From Candidatus Woesearchaeota archaeon (GTDB lineage: Archaea; Nanobdellota; Nanobdellia; Pacearchaeales; GW2011-AR1), in NCBI GenBank assembly GCA_964606775.1, contig CAZSGW010000001.1:24002-88001 (forward strand): a stretch of DNA of 64,000 nt. The letters run 5' to 3'. A model generated the notes under the pieces. The model was given only the letters and a program-made list of their open reading frames with translations. It ran no database searches and was not told the origin of the DNA. Below, in pieces: positions 18,678-28,415 of the stretch. The first letter of the stretch is position 1. Each line of letters opens with the position of its first letter. The translations under genes were made by a program, and so were the position numbers.

Positions 18678-19907
18678 ATGGATTTTATAACAGGAGTTTT
18701 TTTAGTATATTCATTCATAGCATTCTATTTTCTATTTCTATTTTTATTAACCTATTTTCAAAACAAAAAGGAGGTCTTCGAAGTCCCTCCGCTAACAAAA
18801 GAATATTCTCTAAGCATAATAATTCCCTGCTATAACGCAGAAAAAGTAATAGAAAATACAATAAAGAATGTATTAAAAAACGGATATAACGGATTAAAAA
18901 AGGTTGTCGTTGTAGACGATTGCTCCACAGATAATTCTTGGAAAATCATAAAAAAATGTGCACAAAAATACGAAAAAGTTGAGGCAGTTCAAACTCCAAA
19001 AAATACTGGAAATGCTGCAGGAGCAAAAAACTATGGTGCAAAATTCGTAGACACTGAACTTATAGGATTCACTGATGATGATTCATATCCAAAAAAAGGC
19101 GCAATAGAAAAAATGGTGGGTTTCTTCGACAATAAAAAAGTAGGGGCCGTTACTTCAACAGTTTTGGTTAAAAATAGAAATAATTTCATATTAAAACTAC
19201 AATCTTTAGAATACAAAGTAATAAAATTTTCCAGAAAACTTTTAGAATTTTTAGATTCAATTTATGTGACTCCAGGACCATTAGGAATATATAGAAAATC
19301 CGCATTCGATAAAATCGGAGGGTTCGACGAGAAAAACCTAACTGAAGATATTGAAATTACATGGCACTTACAACACGCAGGCTACAAAGTAAAAATGGCG
19401 ATTCCTGCAAGAACATATAGTATTGCCCCTTCTTCTATTAAAGCTTGGATTCACCAAAGAAATAGATGGAACATTGGAGGCTTACAAACAATCATGAAAT
19501 ACCGAAAAAACTTCCTGAAAAAAGGAATGCTTGGATTTTTTATTCTACCCTTCTTTGTCTTATCTTGGGTCGTTGGATTATTTGGGTTGGGAATTCTAGG
19601 TTACAGATTATTCAGGACTATTTTCATAAGGTCGTTATCCGCTTCATATTCAATTAAAACTCAAACTGCAATACTTTCTTTTGGAGACATTAGTATAGTT
19701 CCGAGCGCATTAGTTTTCTTTGGAATTGCAGTATTCATCTTAAGCCTAACATTCACTCTTATAGCAATATTAAATGTTAGAGAGAAAGAATACAAAAGAG
19801 AAAACTTTTTTTCAATAGCTTTTTATATGTTCTTTTACTTGCTGGCATATCCGATAATTTTATTAATCTCGTCTTACAGATTTTTAAAAGGAGATCTCAA
19901 ATGGTAA
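18678..19907 (+). CDS. Family 2 glycosyltransferase, membrane-embedded processive type (cellulose/chitin-synthase-like)
   Basis: IIIPCYNAE, VVVVDDCSTDNS, TDDD, and HQRNRWNIGG (QxxRW), flanked by N- and C-terminal TM helices. Confidence 0.75.
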   Translation: MDFITGVFLVYSFIAFYFLFLFLLTYFQNKKEVFEVPPLTKEYSLSIIIPCYNAEKVIENTIKNVLKNGYNGLKKVVVVDDCSTDNSWKIIKKCAQKYEKVEAVQTPKNTGNAAGAKNYGAKFVDTELIGFTDDDSYPKKGAIEKMVGFFDNKKVGAVTSTVLVKNRNNFILKLQSLEYKVIKFSRKLLEFLDSIYVTPGPLGIYRKSAFDKIGGFDEKNLTEDIEITWHLQHAGYKVKMAIPARTYSIAPSSIKAWIHQRNRWNIGGLQTIMKYRKNFLKKGMLGFFILPFFVLSWVVGLFGLGILGYRLFRTIFIRSLSASYSIKTQTAILSFGDISIVPSALVFFGIAVFILSLTFTLIAILNVREKEYKRENFFSIAFYMFFYLLAYPIILLISSYRFLKGDLKW

Positions 19908-20557
19908 AAAACAAAAAACGAGTATTTTTAGAAGCTCTACTACTAACGCTCCTAGTCTTTCTAATTGGAATACTTGTGGGAATTTTATTTGAAGAAAAAA
20001 GAGTAGATGTTGTTCAAGAATATTATGCCGAGACTGAAATAGATATGTTAGATATTTATGCGCTCAGTAACCTTGTAGAGACAGGAAATGTGGGTTGTGA
20101 TGCCCTATGGGAAGCAAACAGACAACTCGCAGACAAAATATATGAAGAGGCAAAATTACTTGAGAAATATGAAGATGCAGGTAGAATCAGTGATGATATG
20201 CGTATCCTCCACAGAAAATACGATGTCTTGAGAACGCTCTTATGGGAAAATGTTATAGAAACGAAAAAAGTTTGTCCTGGAGAAGTATCTTCAGTAGTTT
20301 ATCTATACAACTACAACCCAGAAGATTTAACCGAAAACGCGAAACAAAACGTGTGGGCAAAAATACTTATGGAGCTAAAACAAGAGAAAGGCAACGAAAT
20401 AATCTTAATACCTATCGCAGTTAATAGTGATTTAATCTCCTTAGAAAGTCTAATAGAATCATATGAAATTGAAGAATATCCTGTTTTGATTATAAACGAA
20501 GAAACAGTAGTTAATGAAATGACTTCATTAGAGGACTTAAAGCAATATATGAAATAG
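19901..20557 (+). CDS. Membrane-anchored hypothetical protein, translationally coupled to GT2 (7-nt overlap)
   Basis: N-terminal TM LEALLLTLLVFLIGILVGILF followed by a soluble domain. Confidence 0.5.
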   Translation: MVKNKKRVFLEALLLTLLVFLIGILVGILFEEKRVDVVQEYYAETEIDMLDIYALSNLVETGNVGCDALWEANRQLADKIYEEAKLLEKYEDAGRISDDMRILHRKYDVLRTLLWENVIETKKVCPGEVSSVVYLYNYNPEDLTENAKQNVWAKILMELKQEKGNEIILIPIAVNSDLISLESLIESYEIEEYPVLIINEETVVNEMTSLEDLKQYMK

Positions 20558-20605
20558 ACATTTCATCACACAAATATTAAAAAATAAATAATTTCTTGAT
20601 TTTCT

Positions 20606-21523
20606 ATGAATGGATGTATAAAATGTGGTGCTTCTGAAGATATGGCTATAATTTACGATGCAATCAGTGAAGAGGGCATTGTGAAAATTTGCAAAGATTG
20701 TGCTCTAAAAGAAAGTATTCCAATAATAAGAAATGTCAAAAAAAGAGATGAAAAGGAAAAATCTGTATATGACAGACTATCAAAAATAGCCGGACTAAAT
20801 CCAGAAGAACATAAGAGAAAATTCATAGAAAATAATTCTAACCTGGATAATCAAGAAACTTCCCTAAGAGAAGTAGTTGAAAAAAATTTTAAACAACAAG
20901 TAGAAAAAACATCAAGAGACTACCCCAAACTAAAAGAAATAGTTGCTGAAGAAAAATTTGATTTAATAGAACACTACAACTGGAAAATTTTAAAGGCTCG
21001 TAGAGCAAGAAAAATAAGCTACAAAGAACTAGCAAAAGAAATAAACGAACCAGAACCAGTAGTAAGATTAGCGGAAAGAGGAATTCTACCAAATAGCTAC
21101 CAATCACTTATAAGAAAAATAGAAACAGCACTGGGAATAAATTTATTAAAACAACCCCAAACAGAAAATAAAGAAGTTACATTTGATCCAGCAACAACAA
21201 AAAGAATAACAATTTCGGAACTTAAAGAAATGGATGAAGAAGAGAAAAAAGAAAAAAAATCTTTTTTCCCATACTGGAAAGAAAAACTAGGATTTGGTAG
21301 AAAGAAAAGAGACGAAGAGGATTTGAATCTGAGCGAAGAAGATTTTGACTATGAAGAAGACGTTTCAGTAAACGTTAAGGAAAAAGATTCAGAGGAAGGA
21401 GAAACAATCCTTGAAGATATTGAAAAATACGAAAAAGCAAAAGAAGTTAAAGAAAATGTAAAAAAGGATCCTGGAAGAGATTTAACAAAAGAAGAGATTG
21501 ATAAAATCCTTTACGGAAAATAA
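20606..21523 (+). CDS. Zn-ribbon + XRE-type HTH protein (aMBF1-like) with long K/E/D-rich C-terminal extension
   Basis: N-terminal CIKCG..CKDC zinc ribbon; the central ..ARRARKISYKELAKEINEPEPVVRLAERGILPNS..IRKIETALGINL is a Cro/C1-type HTH. Confidence 0.45.
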   Translation: MNGCIKCGASEDMAIIYDAISEEGIVKICKDCALKESIPIIRNVKKRDEKEKSVYDRLSKIAGLNPEEHKRKFIENNSNLDNQETSLREVVEKNFKQQVEKTSRDYPKLKEIVAEEKFDLIEHYNWKILKARRARKISYKELAKEINEPEPVVRLAERGILPNSYQSLIRKIETALGINLLKQPQTENKEVTFDPATTKRITISELKEMDEEEKKEKKSFFPYWKEKLGFGRKKRDEEDLNLSEEDFDYEEDVSVNVKEKDSEEGETILEDIEKYEKAKEVKENVKKDPGRDLTKEEIDKILYGK

Positions 21524-21571
21524 TTATAAAAAGAAAAAATAAAAACCCCAGAAAAACTAGGGCTTTAAAAA

Positions 21572-22651
21572 TTAAAATACTTCTATACCTAAATCAGACA
21601 TTTCTCTTGATGTAGGTGCCTGTTGCATTTCAGAATCTTTTCCTAAAACATAAGGTGAATTAACACCTGTCATAATAGTAATAACTCGAACCTTACCAGT
21701 AAATTCTTTACTAATTCTTGCCCCAATTATTACTTGTGCATCAGAACCAAGATTTTCCGAAACAGTTTTACCTATAACATCAAATTCTTCCAATTTTAAG
21801 TCAGGACCACAAGTTACATGAATCAAAGCTCCACTAGCACCTTTATAATCCACGTCAAGTAGAGGATGTGTAAGGGCCTGTCGCACAGCTTCATTAACTT
21901 TGTCCGAACTAGAATCGCTTTCACCAATACCAATAACTGATACTCCTCCATTTTTCATAATTGAAGAAACATCCGCATAATCTAGATTAATTAAACTTGG
22001 TAAAGTAATTGTTTCTACAATACCTTTAATCATAGTTGAAACAAGTTCGTTTGCAACAGCAAAAGCTTGTTCAATTGGTAATTGTCCTGCGATATCTACA
22101 AGTCTATTATTATCTAAAACAATACATGTGTCTGTAACATCTCTTAACTCTTGTAATCCAAATTCAGCTTTATCAATTCTAGCTTTTTCAGATTCAAAAG
22201 GCATTGTAACAACTGCAATTACTACTGCACCTGCTTCTTTAGCAAGTTGAGCAACAACTGGAGCCGCACCAGTACCTGTTCCACCACCTAAACCAGCACA
22301 AACAAAAACCATGTCCGCACCAGCAACAGCCTTTTTAACATCCACCAAAGCTTCTTTTGCAGCTTCTTTACCAATATTTGGTTTTCCACCAGCACCAAGT
22401 CCTTTAGTAAGTTCTTTACCAATCAGAATTTTTTCATCTGCTTTAGTTACACTTAGATGTAAAGCATCTGTATTCGCAGCATACACACTAGCACCATTAA
22501 TACCTTTGTTAAAGAGCCAAGTAATCATATTACCTCCGCATCCACCACTTCCAATAACTTTAATACTTGCTTTTCCAGCTTTCAATTCATCAAAGTTAAT
22601 ACTATGGCTATCTGCGTTTTGTACTGCCTCTTTTGCAAAATCTAATACCAC
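21572..22651 (-). CDS. ftsZ: Cell division GTPase FtsZ
   Basis: GGGTGTG tubulin signature (AGLGGGTGTGAAPVVAQ). Likely GTG start preceded by an AGGAGGT SD. Confidence 0.9.
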   Translation of the reverse strand: MVLDFAKEAVQNADSHSINFDELKAGKASIKVIGSGGCGGNMITWLFNKGINGASVYAANTDALHLSVTKADEKILIGKELTKGLGAGGKPNIGKEAAKEALVDVKKAVAGADMVFVCAGLGGGTGTGAAPVVAQLAKEAGAVVIAVVTMPFESEKARIDKAEFGLQELRDVTDTCIVLDNNRLVDIAGQLPIEQAFAVANELVSTMIKGIVETITLPSLINLDYADVSSIMKNGGVSVIGIGESDSSSDKVNEAVRQALTHPLLDVDYKGASGALIHVTCGPDLKLEEFDVIGKTVSENLGSDAQVIIGARISKEFTGKVRVITIMTGVNSPYVLGKDSEMQQAPTSREMSDLGIEVF

Positions 22652-22778
22652 TTTTTTTAACCTCCTTATAATTGTTTTTTTGTTCTACTAAGTAGAACCT
22701 CCCTATAAAAAATTTAGGAGAAATCGCTTTATAAGAATTATTACAATAAAAAATAAGAATAAAAAATAAAAAATCAGA

Positions 22779-23192
22779 TTATCCGAAGAATTTCTTGGAT
22801 TGTTTATGGAACAGAAGATACCATCCAATCAACAGATGAGCTGCTAAGTTAACAACACTAGTAAATACTCCAGCAAAAAGAGATGCAAGAGCACCAAGTA
22901 TTCCTAAAGCAGCAAAGATTACTGCCACAATTCTTGCCCAATTCTGTCCTCTCCACAATCCTCTACCCATAAAGAATCCGAGAACAGCAAAAGCCAACAT
23001 AATTACAGCAAAAAACAATCCTAATCCAATACCTCCAAGAGCACCGAGACCACCAAGAGTCGCTAATAAACCTCCTCCTGCAAAAGCCATAATGGCACCA
23101 ATTAATGCAAAAGCAGCACCAATATAGTACAAGATGGAAATAACCTTAACTCCCATTGGAGGGGTTTTTGATTTTGTTTTAGTTTTAATCAT
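22779..23192 (-). CDS. Glycine-zipper membrane protein (137 aa)
   Basis: Three to four TM helices rich in GxxxG/A. Confidence 0.45.
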   Translation of the reverse strand: MIKTKTKSKTPPMGVKVISILYYIGAAFALIGAIMAFAGGGLLATLGGLGALGGIGLGLFFAVIMLAFAVLGFFMGRGLWRGQNWARIVAVIFAALGILGALASLFAGVFTSVVNLAAHLLIGWYLLFHKQSKKFFG

Positions 23193-23254
23193 ATTTTTTC
23201 ACCTCCTTTTAATTCTATATAATTTATTTAGTGATTTTTATTATAAAAACGTTC

Positions 23255-23803
23255 CTAAATATCTTTTTTTAGCTTCTCAATCTTATCCCAACCCTTTTTC
23301 AAGTTATTATTTGCCTTTTCTAAAACAATCTTCAAAAAATCCTCTGAAACTAAAAGATTCCCTTTATCAACTAATGGAAATTCTATTTTCTCAGTGCTAA
23401 TTAATTCAACAACAACATTCTTTCCTAAAGAAATAATTCCAGAACGTTTCCAACCAATCTCTCGAGCTTTATTCAATATTTCCTCAGCACTTTCTAAATC
23501 AAGACACGAAACATGCAAAATTGGAGGTTCCGATTTAAATTTTAAATTTCCTTTCAGAGAAATATTTTTCATAAGAATATCAAAATCAACTAAATCATGA
23601 CTCACAAACTCAAATAATCCAGGACCTTTTTTATCCTGATCTACCATCACAATAATCCGCCCAGAACAAGAAGAAGTTGTGTAATAGTTTTCTTTTTTAT
23701 TTATTTTATCACAAAATTGTTTTATTTTTTTATCCCATCCTCCAATCGAAGATTTATCTTCCTTAGACAAAATATCTTTTTTTCTTTGTTGAAAATTATT
23801 CAT
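23255..23803 (-). CDS. taw3: tRNA wybutosine-synthesizing protein 3 (Taw3/TYW3 family methyltransferase)
   Basis: The conserved YYTTSSCSGRI motif of the TYW3 family; length about 180 aa. Confidence 0.6.
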   Translation of the reverse strand: MNNFQQRKKDILSKEDKSSIGGWDKKIKQFCDKINKKENYYTTSSCSGRIIVMVDQDKKGPGLFEFVSHDLVDFDILMKNISLKGNLKFKSEPPILHVSCLDLESAEEILNKAREIGWKRSGIISLGKNVVVELISTEKIEFPLVDKGNLLVSEDFLKIVLEKANNNLKKGWDKIEKLKKDI

Positions 23804-24768
23804 TCTCTATTAATTCCAATTTTATCAATAACCTCTAAAACTTTTTCTTTTGCTTGTTCTATCGTTACATCTTTTAAAGAAGCTGAAGCAGCTAATTTAT
23901 GTCCTCCACCTCCAAGTTCTTTTGCAAATAAAGAAACATCTATGTTTGAACTTCTGAAAGAAATTTTCATTCCTTCTTCAACATCTGAGATAGTAAAAAC
24001 AATATCTAATTCTTTGATATTTCTTAATTCTCCTATACCTTGTCTAACTTCTGAAAGATTTAAATCAAATTCTTTTATTTTTTCTTGAGGCAGATAGGCC
24101 CAACCAATGTTATTTTTAACTTCTAGATTAGAGATTAAATAAGCATTGTATTTTTTTATTTTTAAAGAATAAGAATTTAGTTTTTCTATGATTTCTAAGT
24201 AATTTGCACCTTTTTCAACAACTTTAACTGCATCTCTTAAAGCACCTAAGGCATTTCTATTTACAAAACCTCCCGAATCAGAATAAATACCAATTAATAA
24301 TCTTGAAGCAATTTCTTCATCAATTTCAATCTTCAATTTTTCAAACAAATCCAATAAAACAGAACAAGTAGAACACTTTGAAGAATCAACATAATTTAAA
24401 TTGCCATAAGAATCATTTGTTTCGTGATGGTCAATATTTATAATAAATCCTTTTTTCAGAAATTCTCCTGAAGTTTTAATCTGAAACGGAGAACCAGAAT
24501 CTAAAAGCAATACAACATCAAACTCATTTAAATCAAAATCTTCTAATTTCTTTCCAAATTTAATCTCTTCAACAAAACTAAAATTACTTATATGTTCAGA
24601 AAGTTCATCATAACCAATAAGAGTAACCTTTTTTCCTAATTTCTCTAAATAATACTTCATTGCTCCACAACTTCCTAAAGAATCTCCATCAGGACCTTTG
24701 TGTAACGTCATTAATATTTTTTGAGAATTGTTCAACTTTTCAAAAATTTCTTGAGGAGAACTATTCAT
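23800..24768 (-). CDS. DHH-DHHA1 phosphoesterase (NrnA-like nanoRNase/pAp phosphatase)
   Basis: The DHH motif LHKGPDGDSLGS and the DHHA1 motif GGGGHKLAASA. Confidence 0.75.
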   Translation of the reverse strand: MNSSPQEIFEKLNNSQKILMTLHKGPDGDSLGSCGAMKYYLEKLGKKVTLIGYDELSEHISNFSFVEEIKFGKKLEDFDLNEFDVVLLLDSGSPFQIKTSGEFLKKGFIINIDHHETNDSYGNLNYVDSSKCSTCSVLLDLFEKLKIEIDEEIASRLLIGIYSDSGGFVNRNALGALRDAVKVVEKGANYLEIIEKLNSYSLKIKKYNAYLISNLEVKNNIGWAYLPQEKIKEFDLNLSEVRQGIGELRNIKELDIVFTISDVEEGMKISFRSSNIDVSLFAKELGGGGHKLAASASLKDVTIEQAKEKVLEVIDKIGINRE

Positions 24769-25429
24769 TTTTCAATAGAACCTCACATTTAATTCCTTCA
24801 TCCTCACAAATTTCAACAAACTCCTCCGGAGTTTCAGCAGTACCTTCAACACTTCCATAATGCATCGGAATAACAACATCTGGTTTAATAGCTTTCACAG
24901 CTTCCACTGCCTCTTCCGCACTCATTGTAAATCTCCCTCCAATCGGAAGCAAAGCAACAAATTTTTTTCCTTGTTGTTTATATCCCGTAAGCTTCTGCAT
25001 CTCTGGAACAAAATCTGTATCCCCTGCATGATAAATTAAAGCATCATTCATTTTAATCAAATAACCAACCCAATCATTATCCTTTGGATGAAAATGTTTA
25101 TCTACATTATACGCAGGCAAAGTAGAAATTTTTATATCCCCAAAATTTAACTCTTGATTCGGCTCAATCAACTTAATATTTATAGAAGACTCAAAACGCG
25201 TTATTTTACTCTGACAATCTGCGGGCATAATTATCTTCGTTCCCTCTTGAATTATTTTCTTAATATCTTCAACACTGCAATGATCAAAATGAGAATGAGT
25301 AATCAAAATCAAATCTGCCTTCTCAGAATTCTCTTTTATTTTATAAGGATCAATATAAATTTTTTTAGAGTTCTTAATAAAAAAACCGGAATGACCCAGC
25401 CAATTTATCTCCAAATTTTCAAAATCCAT
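24761..25429 (-). CDS. MBL-fold metallo-hydrolase
   Basis: The HxHxDH motif LILITHSHFDHC; 8-nt overlap with the DHH gene. Confidence 0.75.
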   Translation of the reverse strand: MDFENLEINWLGHSGFFIKNSKKIYIDPYKIKENSEKADLILITHSHFDHCSVEDIKKIIQEGTKIIMPADCQSKITRFESSINIKLIEPNQELNFGDIKISTLPAYNVDKHFHPKDNDWVGYLIKMNDALIYHAGDTDFVPEMQKLTGYKQQGKKFVALLPIGGRFTMSAEEAVEAVKAIKPDVVIPMHYGSVEGTAETPEEFVEICEDEGIKCEVLLKNE

Positions 25430-25502
25430 TCTCTAAAAAATAAAGATAGGTTTTTAAGCATTTTTATAAAAAAACAAAAAAGATAAATAAAAATCAGAAG
25501 AA

Positions 25503-25583
25503 TTACTCTTCGTCTTCTTCATCAGACATATCTTCATCTTCTTCCATGTCTTCATCCATAGTTTCTTCCATTTCTTCTTCCAT
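25503..25583 (-). CDS. Poly-acidic micro-ORF (26 aa, MEEEMEETMDEDMEEDEDMSDEEDEE) with canonical SD
   Basis: GGAGGT lies 6 nt upstream of the ATG; an in-frame stop lies 10 codons upstream; upstream AT-rich TATA-like elements are present. There is no homology support, so it is speculative. Confidence 0.25.
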   Translation of the reverse strand: MEEEMEETMDEDMEEDEDMSDEEDEE

Positions 25584-25687
25584 CTTGAAACCTCCGAATT
25601 TAAATAAAACTAACTATCTCCCTCATTTTTAAATATAACTATACACTCAAAAATGAAACAATTTATAAGAAATATTTATAAAAGAAA

Positions 25688-26998
25688 TTAAGGATTCAAC
25701 CGAGTAATGCTCCTTGGAAAAGGTATTGCATCTTTTATATTGTCTAAACCGCAAATCCAAGAAATAATCCTCTCAACACCCATCCCATAACCTCCATGGG
25801 GCACACTCCCATACCTCCGAGTATCTAAATAAAAATCATAATTTTTCAAATCTTCTCCCTGTTTTTTAAGATTATCCTTAATTTTTTCTATGTCTTCTTC
25901 TCTTTGTGACCCTCCAATCAATTCCCCATATCCTTCAGGACCAATCATATCAAAACCTAAAACAACCTTTCCTTCTTTTGGTTGCTCAGAATCAGGAGCC
26001 TCTTTCATATAAAATGCTTTAACTTCCTTAGGATAATTTGTAACAAGAATCGGAGTTTCATACATTTCAGAAAGTTTGTCTTCTTCAAGAGTTCTCAAAT
26101 CCTTGCCCCATTTAATATTCATTTTTTTATCTTTCAAAATCTTCAAAGCTTCAGTATAACTCATTCTAGGAAACTTTTTCTTCAAAACAGGTTCTAACTT
26201 TTTAACATCCCTTTCCAAAATTTCTAATTCAGATTTATTTAATTCTAAAACCTTTTTAACAATATGTTTAGTTAACTCCTCTGCATCATCCTGCAACATT
26301 TCAAAATTACTCCAAGCAACTTCCATTTCTGCCATCCATAACTCAGACAAATGCCTAGAAGTTTTAGATTTCTCTGCTCTAAACGCAGGTTGAATTGTAA
26401 AAATTTTTTCTAATGCAAAAATTGCTGGTTCTGCATGAAGTTGCCACGTCTGAGATAAGTAAGCGGGTTTTCCATAATAATCTACTTCAAACAATGTTGA
26501 ACCTCCCTCACAAGAAGCACCCAAAATTTCAGGGCTATGAAATTCGACAAAACCCTTTTTCAACCAGTGTTCTCTCATTGCTTGCAAAATAGTTGAACGA
26601 ATTTTCAAAATCGCAGTCATTTTTCTTGAACGTAACCACAAATGCCTTCTATCTCCCAAAAGTTCTTCATTCAAATCCTTATTAATCGGAAAATCTTCAG
26701 CAATATGAACAACATTTACTTTAGAAACCTGAATCTCATAACCTGTTGGTGCCCTTTTATCTTCATTAATCTCTCCTTCTAATTCAACCGAACTTTCGAC
26801 AAGTAACTTATCAACTTTCGCCCAAGTTTCATCATCAAAATTTTCTCTCTTCAAAACACACTGAATAATATTTGTAGAATCTCTTAAAACAATAAACTTA
26901 AACTTATTCGAACCTCTCTCCCGATAAACCCATCCTCTCACGGCTACCTTGCCTTTTCCTTTCTTCATAGCTTCTTTTATTGAAATATACTTAGTCAT
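25688..26998 (-). CDS. asnS: Asparaginyl-tRNA synthetase (class IIb; alternative: archaeal-type AspRS)
   Basis: EGGSTLFEVDYYGKPAYLSQTWQL, FRAEKSKTSRHLSELWMAEME (motif 2), GGSQREED, and PHGGYGMGVERI (motif 3). Confidence 0.65.
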   Translation of the reverse strand: MTKYISIKEAMKKGKGKVAVRGWVYRERGSNKFKFIVLRDSTNIIQCVLKRENFDDETWAKVDKLLVESSVELEGEINEDKRAPTGYEIQVSKVNVVHIAEDFPINKDLNEELLGDRRHLWLRSRKMTAILKIRSTILQAMREHWLKKGFVEFHSPEILGASCEGGSTLFEVDYYGKPAYLSQTWQLHAEPAIFALEKIFTIQPAFRAEKSKTSRHLSELWMAEMEVAWSNFEMLQDDAEELTKHIVKKVLELNKSELEILERDVKKLEPVLKKKFPRMSYTEALKILKDKKMNIKWGKDLRTLEEDKLSEMYETPILVTNYPKEVKAFYMKEAPDSEQPKEGKVVLGFDMIGPEGYGELIGGSQREEDIEKIKDNLKKQGEDLKNYDFYLDTRRYGSVPHGGYGMGVERIISWICGLDNIKDAIPFPRSITRLNP

Positions 26999-27025
26999 TT
27001 TAATAATTAGGATAAAGGGTTTAAA

Positions 27026-28390
27026 TTAATTTTTGTTTTTATCCAACTTCAAACCAGCTTCTTTTAATTGTTCTTTAGAAACTTCAGAAGGAGCATCAAG
27101 CATAACATCTCTTCCAACTTTGTTCTTTGGAAAAGGAATAACTTCACGAATATTATCTTCACCCACCATCAATTGAACCAATCTATCCAAACCTAAAGCT
27201 AACCCTCCGTGAGGCGGAGCACCATATTTCAATGCTTCAAGTAAAAAACCAAATTTCTTCTTAGCTTCCTCTTTAGAAACTTTCAAAATATCAAAAATCT
27301 TCTCCTGAATTTCAGTATCATGAATTCTAATCGAACCACCACCAATCTCAGAACCATTCAAAACAATATCATAAGCAAAAGATTTTGATTTCTCTGTAAC
27401 ATCTTTTCCATCAACAGGCATTGTAAATGGATGATGTGTAGATTTATACCTTTTTTCATCCTCTGAATATTCAAAATTAGGAAAATCAACAACCCAGCAA
27501 AAAGCAAATTCCTCTTTATCTTCTAGATTTTTCCTCAAATCAGGATTATCTCTCCCATATTTCTCCATTGATTCTTCATAACTAATTCTCTTAAACGGAA
27601 TTTTCAAATCAACATTTTTAACTTTCTTAAAAACATGTTTCATTAATCTTTCAATAACATCAATAACATCATCCTGTTCTACAAAACTCATTTCAACATC
27701 TACTTGAGTGAATTCTGGTTGCCTATCTTTTCTCAAATCCTCATCCCTAAAACATTTCGCAATCTGAATATACTTATCAAAACCTGCAACTTGAGACAAC
27801 TGTTTAAAAATCTGGGGCGACTGAGGCAAAGCATAAAATTCTCCAGGATAATTTCTTGATGGAACAACATAATCTCTTGCACCCTCTGGAGTGGACTTAC
27901 CTAAAATCGGCGTTTCAAAATAAACAAACCCTTCTTTCTGAAAAAATTCCAAAACAGCACTAATAACTTCTCCACGAGTAACAATATTCTCTTGCATTCT
28001 CGAAGTTCTCAAATCCAAATAACGATTCTTCAATCTTGTTTCTTCTTCATTAGTATCATTCTTTAAATCAAAAGGTAAAACAGGACATAAATTAAAAATC
28101 TCTAAATTTTCAATCTCAATCTCCGCATCTTGACAAACACCCTCTGCTTGAACTTTTGCTTCTTTAACATTTCCTTCAATAGAAATACAAGATTCATTTG
28201 TAAGTTTCTTAGCCTCTTCAAAACCTTCCGACTTAGAATTAACAACACACTGAACTTTTCCATATCTATCTCTAATAATGACAAAAACCAAAGACTTCAA
28301 AACACGAACAGAATCAACCCATCCGCAAAGCTTAACCTTTTTTCCAACTAACTTAGAATTCACTTCAGAAATTTTATGTGTTCTTAGCAT
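27026..28390 (-). CDS. aspS: Aspartyl-tRNA synthetase, bacterial-type sequence without the GAD insertion (possibly non-discriminating)
   Basis: ARDYVVPSRNYPGEFYALPQSPQIFKQL, CFRDEDLRKDRQPEFTQVDVEMSF, and GAPPHGGLALGLDRLV. Confidence 0.85.
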   Translation of the reverse strand: MLRTHKISEVNSKLVGKKVKLCGWVDSVRVLKSLVFVIIRDRYGKVQCVVNSKSEGFEEAKKLTNESCISIEGNVKEAKVQAEGVCQDAEIEIENLEIFNLCPVLPFDLKNDTNEEETRLKNRYLDLRTSRMQENIVTRGEVISAVLEFFQKEGFVYFETPILGKSTPEGARDYVVPSRNYPGEFYALPQSPQIFKQLSQVAGFDKYIQIAKCFRDEDLRKDRQPEFTQVDVEMSFVEQDDVIDVIERLMKHVFKKVKNVDLKIPFKRISYEESMEKYGRDNPDLRKNLEDKEEFAFCWVVDFPNFEYSEDEKRYKSTHHPFTMPVDGKDVTEKSKSFAYDIVLNGSEIGGGSIRIHDTEIQEKIFDILKVSKEEAKKKFGFLLEALKYGAPPHGGLALGLDRLVQLMVGEDNIREVIPFPKNKVGRDVMLDAPSEVSKEQLKEAGLKLDKNKN

Positions 28391-28415
28391 AAAACAATTA
28401 GAATACTTTGGTTTA

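Noticed and set aside
22311-22691. Plus-strand 126-aa ORF inside ftsZ
   Set aside because: Antisense to a highly conserved FtsZ coding sequence; P/S/A-rich shadow ORF.
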